A stretch of 63,884 bases of DNA, counting the filler, from Octopus bimaculoides (taxonomy: Eukaryota), in NCBI RefSeq assembly GCF_001194135.2. It is 6 parts of 6 records of this genome, joined end to end, with 100 filler letters (N's around TTAATTAATTAA, not from the genome) between each part and the next. Parts side by side here need not be neighbours in the genome. Positions count along the whole stretch, not along the records: positions 57,860 to 62,763 come from NC_068981.1; positions 62,864 to 63,884 come from NW_026385527.1; 4 more parts are not named here. One strand, 5' to 3'. The notes beneath the pieces were generated by a model. That model was not told the DNA's origin, ran no database searches, and saw nothing but the letters and a program-made list of their open reading frames with translations. Of this stretch, positions 62,684-63,884 are shown piece by piece (within the stretch, counting starts at the first letter, position 1; every line of letters begins with the position of its first letter). The position numbers and the translations under genes are program-made.

Positions 62684-62720
62684 TCTTTCTGTTGAAGAGC
62701 GTAGCTCGAAACGTCAAAGA
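62684..62720 (+). ncRNA. Minimal type I hammerhead ribozyme-like motif (A6U variant), probable solo PLE terminus
   Basis: TCTTT - CTGTTGA - A - GAGC GTA GCTC - GAAA - CG - TC (site after 62715) - AAAGA. Confidence 0.6.
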
Positions 62721-62763
62721 CTTTCCGTATTCCCGAGCGTCATACTAATATATACTTTTGTTA

Positions 62764-62863
62764 NNNNNNNNNNNNNNNNNNNNNNNNNNNNNNNNNNNNN
62801 NNNNNNNTTAATTAATTAANNNNNNNNNNNNNNNNNNNNNNNNNNNNNNNNNNNNNNNNNNNN
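62764..62863. other. Artificial scaffold linker
   Basis: Same layout. Confidence 0.95.
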
Positions 62864-63059
62864 CTTATTTCTTTATTGCCCACAAGGGGCTAAACATAGA
62901 GGGGACATAGAGGCTTGCATAAGGAGAGGAGCCTTCCAGATGCAGAAAACCACTGAAAACCATGCTTCGAGGAGGCTCCCTTAGTGTAGTTAATGTTATT
63001 TCATGCGAACCAGGTGATCACATTGGTGTGGTTTTCGTGCAGAGAGAATGTAATGACGG

Positions 63060-63620
63060 TAGGGAGTGAGTGGAATAACTATGATAGATGAATGTAATGA
63101 TCGTATAGTAAAAGTAATGATGGTACAGAGAAGGTAAGAATGATAGTAGAGTGATGTAATAACTAAGGCAGATGAATATAATGATTGAATAGTGAATATA
63201 ATGATCGTATAGGGAATGTAATGATCATATAGTGAATGTGATGATNNNNNNNNNNTATAATGATCGTATAGGGAATGTAATGATCATATAGTGAATGTGA
63301 TGATCGTATAGTGATTGTAATGAAAATATAGTGAATGTAATGATTGTATAGGGAATGTAAGGACAATTTTAGAATGAGTGTAATAAGTATAGTACATGAA
63401 TGCAATGTATAGTGAATGTAATGATGGTATAGGGAACATAAGGCTGATGGTAGAGTGAACGTAATAATTATGGTAGACGAATGTAATATCACGTAGTGAC
63501 TGTAGTAATTGTTCAGGGAATGGTTTGATGGTATAGGAAAAATAAGGACATTGCTTTTTGAATCAATGTAATGATTGTATAGTGAGTATAAAGGTAGGAG
63601 AAGCGAATGTAATGATAATA
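63060..63620. repeat. 20-bp minisatellite (TATAGTGAATGTAATGATCG-like)
   Basis: Well-conserved units at 63170-63420 decay outward. Confidence 0.85.
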
Positions 63621-63884
63621 GCATTCTGTGAATTGAATAGTGATGGTGTTGCATACGTAACGATGATGGTATCATTGTTTTTTATACGCTCTGATAGCGG
63701 CGGAGGCAAGTGTTACAACTTAGGTAAGTACATGAAGGTTATAGTGTGATATAAACATTGGAAAAAACGAAAGTGAAAGTAACTGAAATAAATAAATCGA
63801 AAAAACATCCAAAAATTCACACATACACACATTACATAATGCATACATATAAATGTATATGTATATAAGTATGTATGTATACAT

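Overview
Eukaryotic, AT-rich, microsatellite-laden animal genomic DNA. The SINE families and repeat landscape suggest an octopod cephalopod (inference). There are no prokaryotic features, rRNA, true tRNA genes or CRISPR. The window is a mosaic of six segments joined by five artificial 100-bp linkers (44 N + TTAATTAATTAA + 44 N). Segment 1 (1-14257) holds a decayed Penelope-like retroelement (RT + GIY-YIG, direct pLTRs, upstream inverted copy) whose pLTRs carry minimal hammerhead-ribozyme folds with a compensatory A3:U8 core, plus a deleted mariner and a HERO/R2-like fragment. Segment 2 (14358-30489) holds 14 hand-spliced, phase-compatible exons of a FAN/NSMAF homologue (GRAM-like, PH-BEACH, first half of BEACH); one further exon is probably in an N-gap and the 3' half is absent. 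Segment 3 (30590-47136) holds five phase-compatible exons of a pleckstrin-family gene (end of PH1, DEP, start of PH2) and a 74-bp-arm intronic hairpin. Segments 4-6 hold SINEs, a MITE, an RTE remnant, minisatellites (one carrying RFX X-box motifs), orphan candidate exons and a second hammerhead-like motif. Most entries in the ORF track are repeat or N-gap artefacts.
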